From Glaucostegus cemiculus (Eukaryota): DNA of 64,000 nt. Shown here piece after piece: positions 1 through 14,130 of the stretch. The stretch is from NCBI GenBank assembly GCA_976551045.1, contig CDPCPM010000076.1:15066001-15130000 (forward strand), in the 5' to 3' direction. Below the pieces are notes generated by a model. The model was not told the DNA's origin. It saw nothing but the letters and a program-made list of their open reading frames with translations, and made no database searches. Both the position numbers and the translations under genes were made by a program. Position 1 is the stretch's first letter. Each line of letters opens with the position of its first letter.

Positions 1-479
1 ATGGTCTTGACTCCTGACTGTTTTGGTTCTGTTTAAGTTCCACTCTAGACCTCTGTCTGTGCCAAAACCCATTGAGCACATCTTTTAAATGATACAAGGT
101 TTTAATGACAGGGCAAGAGAATGTGGGTCAAGGTTTAATCCCAGTGGATGAGCTGTCTCTTTTATACCCCTCCTCCACTCCCTTTTCTTTTTTATTTCAT
201 GCCTGTTGACCTCTCACTAGGAAGATCTCCTCTTGCTCTTGGAAGTGGTCTGGTAGACGAGTTACAAAAGAAACATTGAGATTTATCTCCCAGGAAGTTG
301 GATAACCTTGAAGCAATTTAGTGCGAGCCACAACAGTTTGGACTCATTCAGAAAATATTATCATGTGATAGTACCAGGATATCATGTAATTGCTGGAAAT
401 AAAGAGATTGCAGGAGTCTTAGAAGATGCAGTATGGGGTGGGTTGAGGTTGCTAGTGGAGCTTATGTTTTCTCCAACTT

Positions 480-1055
480 GAGCTGCACTGAGTGCACAAT
501 GCTGTCATTCTGTTCATTTGACTCAAATCTGTAGCACTGGGTTAGAGTACAATTCTTCTGTACCATCTTCCAAATTCACCAGAAGGATAAGCAAATTCAT
601 TTTCCCTCCTAGACTATTATCCCCTGCAATGAAGCCTAGTTGCACTTGGTCGGCTGTATTGGGCAGGCTATGTTGCTTGCTGCTTGATGTCAGAATCACA
701 AACACATGCTCTATTTGAGCTGTCGTGGGTAAATGTTACCTGGCAGATAGGAAGAGATTCAAGAATACGTTCAAAACCTGCTTGAAGAAATACCATATTC
801 CCTCTGACTCCAGGTCCAGGAAATCTCTGGTCCACCTGGGATGATATTGAGAACCTTAAGCCCATGTGCCAAGAGCACAAAGAAGCCATGCGTCAGTGTC
901 AGAAGGAGTGCAACACCTCTCAAACTACGCACCTGCCACCCGGTTAGTCACCTCCGGTGGAAGTCTGCAATTCCCACATTGGTCTCATCAGCTACCTGAC
1001 AATGCACAAAACCAGAGTGGAAGCAACTCGTCCTCAGCAAGAAGGAGAAGAAGTT
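480..1055 (+). mobile_element. Degenerate 3' end of an RTE-clade LINE
   Basis: Residual peptide RKRFKNTFKTCLKKYHIP (~751-803), a HIGLIS-like terminal motif (~975) and a GAA-rich tail (agaaggagaagaag), as in RTE/BovB C-termini. Many stops and frameshifts. Confidence 0.7.
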
Positions 1056-1079
1056 GTCAAAAGCTATAGAGCCCAGAAC

Positions 1080-1335
1080 CTGGAGTTCATCCACTCTTGG
1101 TGACTTAAATGGGCACAATGTTTTGCTTTGGCACCAAATTGGGTATCTCATAAAATTGCTACATTGGGATAGAAAGTGCTCTCAACTTTGATGCAGTTTT
1201 ACCCATTGAGTCAGAAATACACACTGTGTATGCTGACGACAACTCCACTTGCATGAAAGACAACAGATATATGACTAACTGTTGGTATATTGTGACAGAA
1301 AGTGTCTAGTCCAACTTCCCAGTAAGTGGGTCTTG
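1080..1335 (+). mobile_element. Old LINE reverse-transcriptase fragment
   Basis: tatgctgacgac (YADD) at ~1229 in an otherwise decayed context. Confidence 0.35.
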
Positions 1336-3835
1336 CATCAGAAATAAGCACAAACATTTTAAGGCACGCATAAATCATTTTTATGCAGGAATTAATTACT
1401 CCTTGAAAAAAGGAGCTGCAAATGTTTCACTTTCCAATACCCTTTCTAGGTCTAATTGTTTTGCGGTGGAATACTAAGCGTGCACAGGAGCTTTGCTAAT
1501 AGAGTTTGTGGTCTTGGCAACTCCCAGACCGATACTTCCAGCAAATAGTCCACTGACAATCACCATGTAGATTTAAACATGAAAAATGGCATTAAGTCAG
1601 AGGACAGGAGGATTCCATCACCATTACAGCCAGGTCCAATAACGTCTGTAAATCCAGCTGGTGGTTCAGGCAGCCATCAGGTCTAGGAAACTTAATGGAT
1701 TTCCCCCATACTAGAAGGGACACTAAGCTAGTTATGTTTTGGACCAGGAATATTTCTGATCTGTAGCATCAGATGCTATAGGATGGGAGAAATTCATCTT
1801 TGGTTACTTGACTAATCCAGTATTTCACATAAAGGAGAGATTCATTTATTTGTTGTTCCTAGCCTATATAATCCAGCTGTACAGGTTAAGAGAATTCATT
1901 GATTCTGACCAACTCTAAACTAGTGCGAGAATATGAGCCATCATACCTGAGAATGTTTGTAGCTCCACTTTCCTGAGAACTTCCAAGCCACAGGTTAAAG
2001 TAGGGTACGTGTGCAGCTGCCATGTCAGGGAAGGGTTCTTTCCACTTGCAGGGTCTCAGAGATTGCTTTGAAGTCTCTGGAAAACCTGTAATTTCCATGA
2101 ACTGCTAGAGACTACAAGTTAAATCCACAATTCGTGAGTTATAGTCTACATAATTTATTTCACTGCCTTTAATGGAACCGATGCTGGACATGAGTACAAT
2201 GGGTGACTAGTACAGTTGCATACTTCTGGCACCAGAAGCCAAAGATGAATTACTTCCTATGACCTTATTTATAATGACCTAGCTGCATATTCCAGCTGAA
2301 GTAATATAGTAAACTTACCCACTTACCCACAAGTCTTCCAGTGAGGACATTATAAAGTTACACACACTTCATGTGTGTGCACATTAAATACATGTATAAA
2401 GAAAAATAATGCTGTCCGACAGTTTTCTCACAGCTACAGCTTGTGAAATTCTGGGGCCATCTGGTTGATTAAGAGATAATTGTAAAATGTTCATTGAGCA
2501 AATATGCTATGTATTCAAGTTTCTCCTCTCATTGCACTGTAGCTTTAGAAGCCTTAACTGAAACATGGCTTCATTTTAAATCATTTAGCAAAATTCCACA
2601 GTCAACATCAAGAATGCACTATTCATCAAAATCAAGTTCTTCTAACCCCCTCACTGCCCTTTATATTTCCTTAGTGTTGTGACAAGTTGAATTGCGTGGG
2701 GTGATTAAGGTTGGAGCAATTGGGAAATAGGAGGGTGGTGAATGTTTTGAAAACATTAGAGGACCTCAACATGATCAACATTTCCCCGATGGTTAAGATC
2801 GTATATTCATCTCCTCCAATTATTTTGGGGCTGCTCTGTGATCTTTGGCTTGTTGGGTGACCTTGCTTTGCCTGCCTACTTCCTGCACATTTTCATACAG
2901 TCTTGATGTACACTGGAATACATGTATTGCTTACACATATTAAGGTTATGTGGGGTGAAGGTATAGGGTGGTGTCTGCAAACTGCCCCTTCGTGAAGTTG
3001 TACCAAGCCATTGATATGCTGGGTTGGTATATCACCAGGATACTCAAATAATCAATATGAATATACAACCGTTATAACTTAAATTAAACTATGTAGAAAT
3101 TTACATGGTGCTGGAGGGATCAGAATACAGGGAGAAAATGGGAGAATGAGACCATGTAGGTAGCTGTCATAGCACATCACCCAGAACATTCCCTCAACAC
3201 GCTACCAATGTCATTATACAAACCTGCCCTGTGAAGACAAAGTTACCATTATGTCACCATTGTTACATTGGAATGCATGGATGTGTTATTGGAAACCCTG
3301 TCTGGCACAATAAATGTTATTTGAAACCTTCCTGCTGATCTGGTTCCCATTAGAGATGGTGAATACCACAAACAGTAGTTATAGTGAGAACATGGCTTCA
3401 CAATGAAGAGACCATTTGGGTTGGGTGGCAGAGAACTCATAAGTGGGGGATTGTAGGAGCAAACTGAAGGTGGGAGGGGGGTGTTAGGGAATATATGCCA
3501 CCACTTGCAGGTTTGACTTATTGTTTTTCATTCATTGTCTTGCACTAGATCTAAGTAGTAGAAGTCCCTGACTGATAGCATGGGGCATGCTTTCACCATA
3601 CTGATTGCAGGCTCAAACCCACCTTCTCAAGAGCAGTACATTCTGGCCTTGATAATGATGTGATTGAAACAAATCATAATAGTGAGCATTGAGGTTTCTT
3701 AAAAAAAGAAAAACTCCAAGAAATGACAAGGTGACTGGGTAAATTCAGTCATTAGAAAGCACCAAACATGCAGGAGGATTAAAGGAAAGTCATAAAAACT
3801 ACAGAGGCTGAACACTAGTGCTCCACAAAGCAGTC

Positions 3836-4320
3836 ACCCATCTGTTTCTTCCAATGTAGAGGAGGCCACATTGTGAACGTCAAATGCCGTACACCAGATT
3901 GGCAGAAGTGCATATGAATGTCCTCTTCACCTGGAAGGACTTTTTGCGTCCCTGGATGGAGGGAGGGGAAGAGATGCAAGGACAGGTGTTGCATCTCCTG
4001 CAGCTGCGTGGGAAAGGAGTAGTAGTTGGCAGATAAGGAAGAATGCTTCAGAGAGTTGCAAAGGAAATGGCATCTTCTAAAAGCTGAAGAAGAAAAGCAG
4101 GGGAAGAGGTGCCTGGTAGTGGAGTTTCGTTGCAGTAGTTTTGAGTAACCACAGTTGGAAATTGTACATTTGTTCTTTGATATGATAATAGTTACTTTTA
4201 TTCTTCCTTTGAACTTGCCCACCCCCACCTCCTACCTCCCTGATACTTTGCGTAGGTTTACAACTCTCTTCACACCTCCACACCCTTCAGTGCCTTATCT
4301 TTTCTGTTTTGAGTCCAGAC
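3836..4320 (-). mobile_element. Penelope-like element remnant (GIY-YIG endonuclease region)
   Basis: Minus strand encodes FPxSCRRCNTCP..IQG..KSFQVK..TSANLVYGI..QCGLLYIG, the Cys-rich linker plus split GIY-YIG motif of Penelope elements. Confidence 0.75.
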
Positions 4321-5639
4321 GGTGAATGTTAGTACAATATTTCCACAACTGATAGGCCTTGAATCTGACTGTTTACTCCCCATTTGGCTAGGACCTCTGA
4401 GACAAATTGTGGTGCTCCATGCCCATCCCACTGAAGTCAGCTGATTCAGCATAAGCCTGCCACAGAATCTGTGCCCCTCCTGGATTCTGTGGTTTAGTGA
4501 CACATTGACTGAGTTATTGGACCCAAGTAGTTTCATTCTTTCTGTAGAAGGAAATCTCACCTTTCCTCTCATGAATTCACTGGATATGTGATTTGATTTG
4601 ATATCCTCCAGATCATGCCCTGTATTAATGGACTGTGAACAGATCAAGATTTTAAACATTTTGTTAAAGCACTATAGTGAGTCAAATTGATTTTACTACA
4701 CAGTTGTCTATTCTAGTCATTGAGAAAGATAAGCTAGGTTTTGAGACAGCTGATTTAGAAGCTGCTCATTCATATTATGTCACAGAGACTTAACACTTCT
4801 AAGATTATTAGATTAAAGAAGTACTCCAGTCTGAAATCTCTGACCCTCTGTGGAACAGGACCAAACAGCACAAATGCCAATGACAAATGAGCTGTGTTAA
4901 CAGTCCCAGATTTAGAGGATTGCTGATGGGCCATGTTTCAGTTGCTTGGATCCTAAGCCAGTTGTGTGTTGCTTGAAGGTGTATTGGAGAGGGGGGGGGT
5001 GCATTGTTGTGAATACTATGTATAGTGCTGGGCCCTGACTGGTATCTTTAAATGGACAGGGTAGTTCATTAAAATACACTCAGAACCAGGTGGCAGATGT
5101 GGCATATCCTCTGATACCAAGCTACATTCTCTAGGGAGGCACCAGCTTCATTGTCTCATCTATACTGCATTAGCTAACCTCACATGACATTTGAGTTGCT
5201 ACATGCTTACATGCCCATGGATTATCAATGGGAAACAGCAGCCTGTGAGTGTGTCGTTCTCTCTTGCTCTCTCACCTATATATGATAAGATGAATGTGTG
5301 AGTAATTCTGTATATGTTAATGTCAGGATTGGATTTATGATCTTACTTGCTTTACCATTGCTGACTTTGCTTTAAACAACCTAAGCCTTAAGCTTTGTAA
5401 TTCAGATCTTCCAACAAAGGACGTTATCACAGACTTGGTCTAACTGTAAACTAAAGAGCTGATTTCCGAAGGCGGGATAAGAATCGCTGTCATTGACAAA
5501 AAGGCAGGATATGCCTGAGTATGAGATCACAGAGTCTTGGTACTGAAGATAATGGGGACTAATGGCAAATAATATCCATGAGTTCTGATTCCAGAGGGAA
5601 ATATTTGGAATCATACCTCACACAAAGGATTGCTGAGAT

Positions 5640-6600
5640 TGTTGAAGGTCAGACACTCTGGCACCAAGGCACCACTGCAAGAGTTCTTCAAGTCATTGTC
5701 CTAGACCCAAATATCATCATCTGCTTTATCTCCATTGTAATGCTAGAAGTGGGGATGCTTACTATTGGTCAATGTCCAATTACATTCATAATTCTGAGGT
5801 AATCAAGTCAGCATATGTCTATATGAAGTAAGATGTAGGCAACGTTCAAGCATGGGGTAATAAGTGGCAAGTGATGTTTATAAAATAGCAGGCACGTCCA
5901 ATCAAATAATCTAACCACCTGCTTTTAACATTCAGTAGCATTACCATTGATTCCCACACCATCAAAATGCTTGGGGTCCCTATTGACCAAAAACTCAAAA
6001 TGACCAGCTACATAAAAACTGTTGGTACAACAGCAGATCAGAGGATGGGTATCTTGTGATGTATATTTCATGTCCTGACACCCTAAAATCTTTCCACCAT
6101 CAACAAGTCACAGGTTAGGAGGACGATGGAATGCTCTCCACTTGCTGCATGAGTACAGCTCCAACAACACTCAAGAAACCTGACACCAACCTTGACAAAA
6201 AAGACTGCAGGATTGGCAACACACCCATCGCTTTGACCATTCATTCCAAACACAAAAGGCATTGTGGTGTTTGTAGATCTTGTCTGTGTCACCACAAAAT
6301 GTAGTACAGTTCACCAAGGCTTTGTAGTGCCACTCAAGTTCATGATCTTTTCCACTTAAAAGATTATTGGCATAGGTGCATGCGAGTACCACCGCTTGCA
6401 ACTTCTCCGTTGAAGTCACACACTGTACTGATGAGGAACTATATTGTTGTTCATTCCACGTCATTAGAACAGGCCCTTTGGCCCATGATGTTGTGCCGAC
6501 ATTTTATCCTGCTCACAAGGGTGAAATCCTAGAACCTGTCATCCAATAGTATTCGACTATCTTCTGAAGGGCAATTAGGGATGCACATCTGCATCCTGAA
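5640..6600 (+). mobile_element. Degenerate CR1/L2-group LINE, RT region to 3' end
   Basis: Decayed GVPQGSVLGP-like and EVGM-like RT segments (~5680-5760) and 3' tail gggcaattagggatg. Same family as 25463-26240, 31850-32120, 39230-39530 and 51040-51350. A ~50-bp CR1 tail is inserted at ~6466-6515. Confidence 0.7.
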
Positions 6601-6689
6601 AATGATTTTTTAAAAAAACTGCTGTCCATGAAATTAGGAATGAGGGTTAAATTCTGGAACAGAAGTACAATTTATTATAGAAATTAAAT

Positions 6690-6790
6690 TCAAACTTGCA
6701 TCTATTTAGTGCCTTTGACAAGCTCTACACAGTAAAATGCAATTCACAGCCAATAAAGTACTTTTGAAATTTAATCATTGTAATTTGGGG
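6690..6790 (-). mobile_element. DeuSINE (SacSINE1-like) 3' fragment
   Basis: aaacttgcatctatttagtgccttt...cacagccaataaagtacttttgaa is the reverse complement of the Deu-SINE 3' tail also seen at 19560-19640. Confidence 0.55.
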
Positions 6791-6959
6791 GTATTTTAAT
6801 CTTGTCTTTAGTTTTGGCAACTTGCCATTTTTGGTAATAGAAAAGAGCTGAAATATCCAGTCAGATGTTCTCAGAAGCTTTTGCTGTTCATTCAGTCCAC
6901 CAAAAATGTCCCTCCTTTCATTTCATGTCAAACAAAAGGTACTGAAATTGGCAATTCTG

Positions 6960-8000
6960 GGAATGTTCTTTCTCCCTGTGGATTCTCTTTTTATTTAATT
7001 CTTCACATTAGTTTTCCTTTGGCTCTGCTTCCCCTCCTGCTCCCCTCTACTCTGTCCTCTCCCACAGTTCTTTCTCCTCCCACAGTTCTTTCTCTAAGAC
7101 TTTTCTGTTTTTCACTTCTTTTCATTTTCTGGCCTACTTTTTCCTCTTTCATATTCTCATTTAGTTTTGTTTGTCCTTGTGCAGTTTATAGTTTCCCTTC
7201 TACCTTGTTTCTCCCTCTATCTCTGTCCAGTTTATTTTCTCTTCTTTCAGTTCAGACAAAAACACATTTCTTCAGGGTCTTTAATTCTTTTCAAGTTCCA
7301 TTTTCTCCTTTCTCCAATTTGCTGTCCTCTTCTGGGTTTCCTTCTTGCTGCCTCCTTTTCTCTGATTCTGTCTCTTCTTCAACTCTCCCTTTTTGTTTCC
7401 CCACTTTCTTGTTTCCACTTACCATAGTCTTGTTTTCAGATCTGTGCAGTGTTGGCACAGGACTGTCCACTGGAGTTGAGGATGACTTTCTTTCACTCCA
7501 ATTCATGTGCGAGTTATTTTAATGTCAAGTGGCAATTGCACACCAGCTACCACAAGAGTCTGGATGAAGCAAGGTCTCGATCTAATGGTAGAGAGGTCCA
7601 AGACAATTCGAGACAAGGTTTTGCTGCACACAATTAGCACAGATAAAATGGAGATAAATACATGTATGTGCACATTCGTGCACAGTCCTAACATGCTCAG
7701 ATGACAAACACCTGATCATGTGCCCTCTTGCCCCTCCCCCCAATCTCTCTGCCTCCTGTTCTACCTGCCTTCTGCCTCTCCTCCCTCTCTCCCCCTGCCT
7801 TTGGTCTCCCTTTCTCTCAGCACCCTCTCTCTTCCCTCTTAGCCCCTTTCCCCTACCATCTGCTGCTGTCTTGTCTCCCATCCCTCCACCCTGGCTTCCC
7901 CCTCCACTTCCCAGCTGTTGCCTTCTCCCTCCCAGAGCCAGGCTGCCCTGCCTGCCACACCACCCTCTACAGAGTCTCTCTTCAGTTACCAAAAATGCAT
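6960..8000. repeat. Two long pyrimidine-rich low-complexity tracts (6960-7440, 7720-8000), including an 18-bp tandem duplication
   Basis: Nearly pure C/T on the + strand; ctcccacagttctttctc occurs twice at 7059-7076 and 7077-7094. Confidence 0.85.
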
Positions 8001-10269
8001 CCCCTCTAGTCACAGCACCACTGCTTCTTGATGCTTGCAACTGAGTCCATATTCCCTGAACCTTCTTCAGAAAACCTTGGGGGAATCTTCAACTCCCTAG
8101 CTGGTGCTGCTGAATTTTGGCATACTCCAATGTCCCAGTGCTATGTGGCAGCTTGATGGTCCCTGGAGGGCAGATTCATCCTGTGGGAGCAGGAGTATCT
8201 CACTCAGCTGTGCTCGTCACTCAGCACGTACAACAACCATAAACACGCATGTCTCTGACTGCCACACTGCCTTTAAATCTATGGGAGTTCTGTCTCCTTG
8301 CTATCCCTGAACTCATGGGGTTTCTGTCACCCAGGTGACTTTAAAACTACTCTATTTCCCACAAAGGAATAAAGTATGCCACTGAAGGATTGCCGAGGAA
8401 TTGCTGGAGAGAAGCAAACCATTAAACAGAAGCAGCTTCATATATATTTGTAAATTATAACAAGCTTTAGTATAAAGGCAGTAATGCGTTACTAATTTAA
8501 TATTATTCTAACTTTTTGGAATACTTGATGAATGGCTATGATATGTTTTAGTTACGTTCAATATAATTTACATAATACACAGGTTGCATGGAATTTGCGA
8601 TGTTCTCCAATCAACATGTTAATATTTTGAGCAGGCCTCTCTGATGAAAGTCTTGAACAAAATGAAATTTTATAGCAAAGTGATTTTTCAGGCAATTTAT
8701 TTTGAATCTCAAAGCATCTTGCATGTCTTTTGGTTTAACTAAAGTTAAGATGAAAAGTTAATGAATAAGCATCAACAAATGAAACTCACCCAAACCAAAA
8801 TGAATGACAGTGTTCTCCAGGGAGAGACCACCCAAGTACTTGGTTCTGATGCTAAATTTCCTGGCTTGCAAACTTGGGACTGCAATGTCAGATTTCTGAA
8901 AAAAAGTTTTTGGTAAGGTACCCATGCCCAAATACTGATATTTTCCTTTCTTTATATAAAAAAAAGTGTTCCATGTTTGGTTAACTTCCTCCTCCTGTGC
9001 CAAACCTTCAGAAGTATCTAATTATTTTCTTGTGTGAGTTTGTGTTTGTCGATGTTAATCATTCTCCCCATTCAAGCCATCTCCTAATCCAACGCAAACT
9101 TTCCTCTCCCTGCTCCTCTCCTCTGGGTGTGGCATGCTGCATTTCATGTATATCACTGATTTATTTCTTTTAATTGTCAGTAGTGATCTGTCCAGTGAAT
9201 GTTGTTATTTCCCTTGTGTTTTGATTGTATACATGATGCAAAATTAAATGCTGCCTGTTAGTCTAGAATGCTTCACATCAGAACACATGACACAACTCAT
9301 TTGCTTTAAATTCCCCTTCATATTTTAAGCCATGCATTCTTCAATTCCATACAAAATACCTGATCTAACTAAAAAATTGGGCAATGTTTTCCAAGCCAAG
9401 ATCAAAAAGATGCTGAGAATTTGGACTTCCATTTTATTGGTGGATGCTGCATTTAGCACTTGTGCATTCAGGAGAGTCCCAGCAAATCTTGCAAGATTTG
9501 GAAAATTTACTTTAAAAAAAAATTCATCAGCGTACACTGGTTAGGCTCAGAGTTAAACAACTCCCTTCAGGATACCCACGGTAAGATTGAGTGAAATATG
9601 TGAAACATTAAAATCTCAGGTAGGCAAATGTAGACCGTTACACATTGATATTACAATGAGGACCCATTAATTTCTATCATCTTGCTGACTTGTTTCAGGA
9701 TTTACTTTTTCATTTTACCCGGAGTTAAAAAAAGGTCATAGGCTCCATATCTTTTGTTACCAAGATTGCAATGAACAGTGTTGATGATGTTATTTGTGTG
9801 AATGCTGTGGGGGAAAATGTCAGCCCTGCTAGCGTGAATACCATCCAGACATAGAAATGGTCACCATTGAGCTAAAATGTGTGATTTTTGTATAAAGACT
9901 GACACATGTACATACAATGTCTGGGTTATAATGTGTTCAATTCATGATCTTTAAATATGGCTACCAATGAGACATAGGTTACTAAAAAATTTATCTCCAC
10001 CATTGTAGAAACTTTCCTTTATGGCCTATGTATCCTATTACTATAAATGATGTATGAACTGGAAAGAGACATATTTGGTCTGCAATTCCAAACAACATGT
10101 CCATTTTGGGTGCTACAAGGGGCATGATGGTATCAGTTTTGTGCAGGTAGTCAAATGGTGTGATTTAATATAGGCATCATGTCAGTAAAAGTGTTTGCAT
10201 GTCCGTGGTCACTGCCTGTCAGAAATATGCAAACTAAGCAAATTCTGCATCAATTATCATGAAATACTT

Positions 10270-10510
10270 ATTTGAGTAGTGCTGTCATTAGAGTTAATGT
10301 CCACTCTTATGGCCAAATAAAAGTGTGATACAAGGAGGCATATTGATAGATATGTATCTTAGAATATGCTCCATTATCCATAATTACCAAGGAGTTTTAA
10401 TATGGATTTTCCAATCAGAAGGATATGTGGATGAACTAAGTTTATGATGGGCTGGGTTCTTATGGTTTGTGAAAAGGTGGGCTTGGTTGAACTGATGGTC
10501 TTATCTCATA
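10270..10510 (+). mobile_element. Highly decayed CR1 LINE 3' end
   Basis: aaggaggcatattgatagatat...gggcttggttgaactgatggtcttatctc resembles CR1 3' UTR tails elsewhere in the window. Confidence 0.45.
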
Positions 10511-11149
10511 CAGTACTCTATTGAAAGAGATTGTCTTTGATCTACCCTCATTATTGGGGTCAGTGGATCAATGACTCTAATACTAACACTCGCTAATAGT
10601 ATAGCACTGGTTAATTCATACTATATTCTGAGCCACCTATCATGCTTTTGGAAATAAGTATGAGAGTATCCAGCAGAGATGAGTGTGCAGATTGACATTT
10701 TCTTCTTCTGTATATCAAAAACACTTTGTTGAAAACAGTCTAAATGTCAGACTGTGCCATGTCTGTATAGGTCACTTGCATCCAATGCATATCTCTAAAA
10801 TGAAGTTGAAATCTGGTCTGACTTTGAATGTTAATAACTCTTTTTGTATTCTTAAAAAGTCCTCCACTCTTCAACTGATGTGAATTTTTCGACACATCTA
10901 TTCCCCATTTTCTCCACCATAGATGGTGTTTTATAACAAATACGCAACAAACTATTCAATATCTTCTTAAACATTATGTGGTTATTTTATATGAAACCCT
11001 CAATTACATTAAATTGCTGTTGCCACCTATAATTGTCTGTAACCCTTAACTTTACCCAATGTTATAAACAAAATGCCTTCTGAAACAGAGCAAGCCACTT
11101 AATTGTATAGCTGCCACTGCATTGAAATAGAAAGAATAAAACTAGGCAG

Positions 11150-11740
11150 ATCAGCTGGCAGTGATCTAGGCACTGAATCTGGACACAGGAAAGTACATCC
11201 CAGTCAATCACACAAAGTGCTCCTCACAAACCTCTGGGGCCTGGTGTCTAAATTGGGAGAGCTGTATCATACAATAAAGGAGCAAATGTCTGACATAGAT
11301 GTACTCACAGAATCTTATTGTGCAGACAATATACCAGACTCCTCCATTTCAGTGCTTAGGTATGTCCTGCCCACAGGTTGGATAAACCCAACACAAACAA
11401 TGGTATAGTGGTATACTGTGGGTGTGAGTAGCTCTGGAAGCCCTCAACATTAACTCCATACTCCATGAAATCTCAAGTTATCAGGTCAAATATGACAAGG
11501 AAACCTCCTCCTGATTGCCACCTGCTGTCCTCCTCTAGCTAATGAATCAGTATTTCTCCATGTTCAACAACATCTTGCAAAAGCTCTAAAAGGAGCGAGG
11601 GTACAGAACGGACTCTAGATGATGACCTTCAATGTCCATCACAATGAGTGGTTTGGTGGCACCACTACTGACTGAGTCCTGAAGGATGTAGTTGCCAGAC
11701 TGCTCCTGCAACAAGTAATGGATAAACTAATACAAGGGAT
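11150..11740 (+). mobile_element. LINE APE-endonuclease fragment (CR1/L2 group)
   Basis: ORF 11103-11408 contains TNLWGLVSKLGEL..SDIDVLTESY (N-x-x-GL..D-I-x-x-L-T-E endonuclease start). A later DDLQCPSQ/DFNVHH-like segment is present at ~11620. Confidence 0.7.
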
Positions 11741-11744
11741 ATGA

Positions 11745-12045
11745 AAACAGAAATTGATGGAAACACTCAGGCAGCATCTGTGGAATGCGAAACAGAGTTA
11801 ACGTTTGTCAGAATTGGGAAAGTGTAAAAAGTTAGTTTAAGTTGTAGAGAAGTGTGAGGTGAGGCAAAGGATGGTTTGGAAGAAGAGGCTGTTGCTGACA
11901 TAGGAGAGACCAGGATTTCCATGGTGATGAACTGTTGATAGGTCAGCAAGGACAGTTAGAGAGAAAACAAACAAAAGAACAAATAAAAAGCTGTGAAATG
12001 CAGGGCAGAGCTGTGGGAAATGCTTAGTAAATCAGGCAGTGTTAG
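11745..12045 (-). mobile_element. Penelope-like terminal-repeat fragments
   Basis: aaacagaaattgatggaaacactcaggcagcatctgtggaatgcgaaacagagttaacg matches the arms of the fold-back elements at 35640 and 58161. Confidence 0.6.
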
Positions 12046-13599
12046 TGTTATATTGGGCCTCATTACAACAGTGCCACATACAGAGGTTAGAGTGGGGTGA
12101 CAAACAGTTGGAACCTTCGTCCCTGTGAACTGAATGCTAATATTCTGCAAAGCAATCTCCTAATCAGATTTTTAAAGAAAAAGATTTGAGGATATCATGG
12201 AACTTAAATCCTATTTGATTGTTCTTTTGTACCTTATGCATCAGTGAGTAAACTAGTTCTTTAACGTTGTCTTTATAATCCATGATTCTTACATTCATTG
12301 TTATGTCTTGAACATTTCTTGGATACAAAAGAGTAAACAGATGAAAAAAAATTACTTTTTGAAGCAACTAGAGGACTAAATTCCTGAGAAATAAAGCAAA
12401 ATAGTTCTGTGGATTATTCTTGAGTGGCTGAATCAAACAATATGGAGGCAGCAGGGTTGTGATTTAGCTGATTCGCTCAAGGGTATTACAGTTGTGAGTT
12501 TTCAGTTCTGCTCTACCTTTAAAAGTAACTTTGAAACTGGTTACAATGCAAGATGGATATTGGCCAGGAAAACAACCATGTCCAATTAGTGATTGATTTT
12601 TAGTTAAACCACATTTTGGTCAGATCATGCCATGTTTTGAATAGGTTGGATTCTTTGTTAAATGATGTTTAATCTATATTTAGCTAAACTTCAACTGACC
12701 CTTTCGTACAAAATGTATGAAAGAGGGATACAATTATGCATAATGTTTCATGACTACAGCTGTGCTTTTGGACGTCTTCATTTATTTCTTTAAGTCATTT
12801 CTGCCTTCCTCCTCTGAAAGTGCTGACTCTTGCTGAGATGTAATTCCACAGCTGCTGGCCACCCTTCAGTACCTCACCCCCTTGACCATACTTCATGTAT
12901 GTGCTGAAGCAGTGAATGTTGCCAGCTTATTCAGTCTTACTAGATATTGTAGTTCACCAGTCAACAGTCACTATATTGTTGTAGCTACTGTCTCTAAGCT
13001 ATGGTTTGACTGTCTTTCACCAGTTAAAATGGGAAATATATTTTTGCACTGTTCTGCCCACTGAAAATACATCCAACAAGAAGATTTTTGTTTCATTACT
13101 AACACACGCCTTTGAGTTTCCATTTGAGTGTCTGGTTTTCTTTTGAAAATGTATATGGTGCAGAATGTTGCCAGAAAAAAGCTGAATGCAGCCAGAGATC
13201 TGTTATTTCTGTAATGTGTCCCTGTGCTTTTGTGGCAGTAATGGTGTGAGGCAAGTTATCTCATCTGTTTTATATTGGAGGCATGAGCTGAATGAAGAGA
13301 ATAAATGAAAAGTTGTGAGACACTGGAATGAGGAGTGTCTGCATCATTAGCCTTGACCGTTTTATATAAACTCTGCCTTTCTGTCTGTTAATCAACAGTT
13401 TCAAGCACAGAAGTGCTTATTAGGAGCACCGGAGACCATGCTGCTTGAATTCTTAATGGACTTTTTGGTTAGCAATGATGCTGAACCTGGATTATTGTGC
13501 CTTTGTGCTGCACAGACAAAATTTCAATTTCATTGCTTGGTTCTTTGTACTTTAGCAGTCCCAGAGGACACCTCTGGGATCTCACCAAATTAGACATGG

Positions 13600-14130
13600 A
13601 GATAAGATGGCTGAGCCTTGGCTTTTAGCTCGGATTCAAGCAATGCGGAAAAATGGTTGACTAGGATTTGTGAAAATGGGGAGGGTGTCCTAGTTAATAA
13701 TAGGAGTAGTAGCACCCCCCACCTTGTCAAGTATATCAAGAACAGATTGAATCCATGCCTTGGTTCGGGATATATGGGGAAGCGGGATCAGGGCACGTCT
13801 AATGGGGCAGGAGGAAAGAGAGATCATGGTTGAGGAACAAGAGGGATCCAGAATCATAGCCAAACATTGGGAGGGGGTGGGTGTGATGTGTGTGAGGTAT
13901 GGATATGATTTGGAGATTGAGGTTTTCATCATGGGCTTTTGGGGTGTTGTTGGAGCTTGGGTGATCACAATGTTGGTGATTAGGGATCTGGCATTGATGG
14001 TTGGCAGCCATAGTGAGGGTTTGTGCAAGAGTGGACAGTACAGTGCAGAAGGCAGATGGTGAAGTGTAGAAAGATGCAAGATAAGTGAGGGATTAGCCTG
14101 ATACGGATTCAAAACCAGCATTGTGCTATT
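13600..14130 (-). mobile_element. Possible L2/CR1 endonuclease remnant
   Basis: INARSL motif and a GGA-type motif in ORF 13690-14133; otherwise decayed. Confidence 0.35.

Noticed and set aside
6881-7522. 213-aa F/S/L-rich ORF and overlapping E/K/G-rich antisense ORFs (7291-7506, 7582-8040)
   Set aside because: Stop-codon avoidance is explained by the pyrimidine-only low-complexity tract; no domain or convincing splice context.
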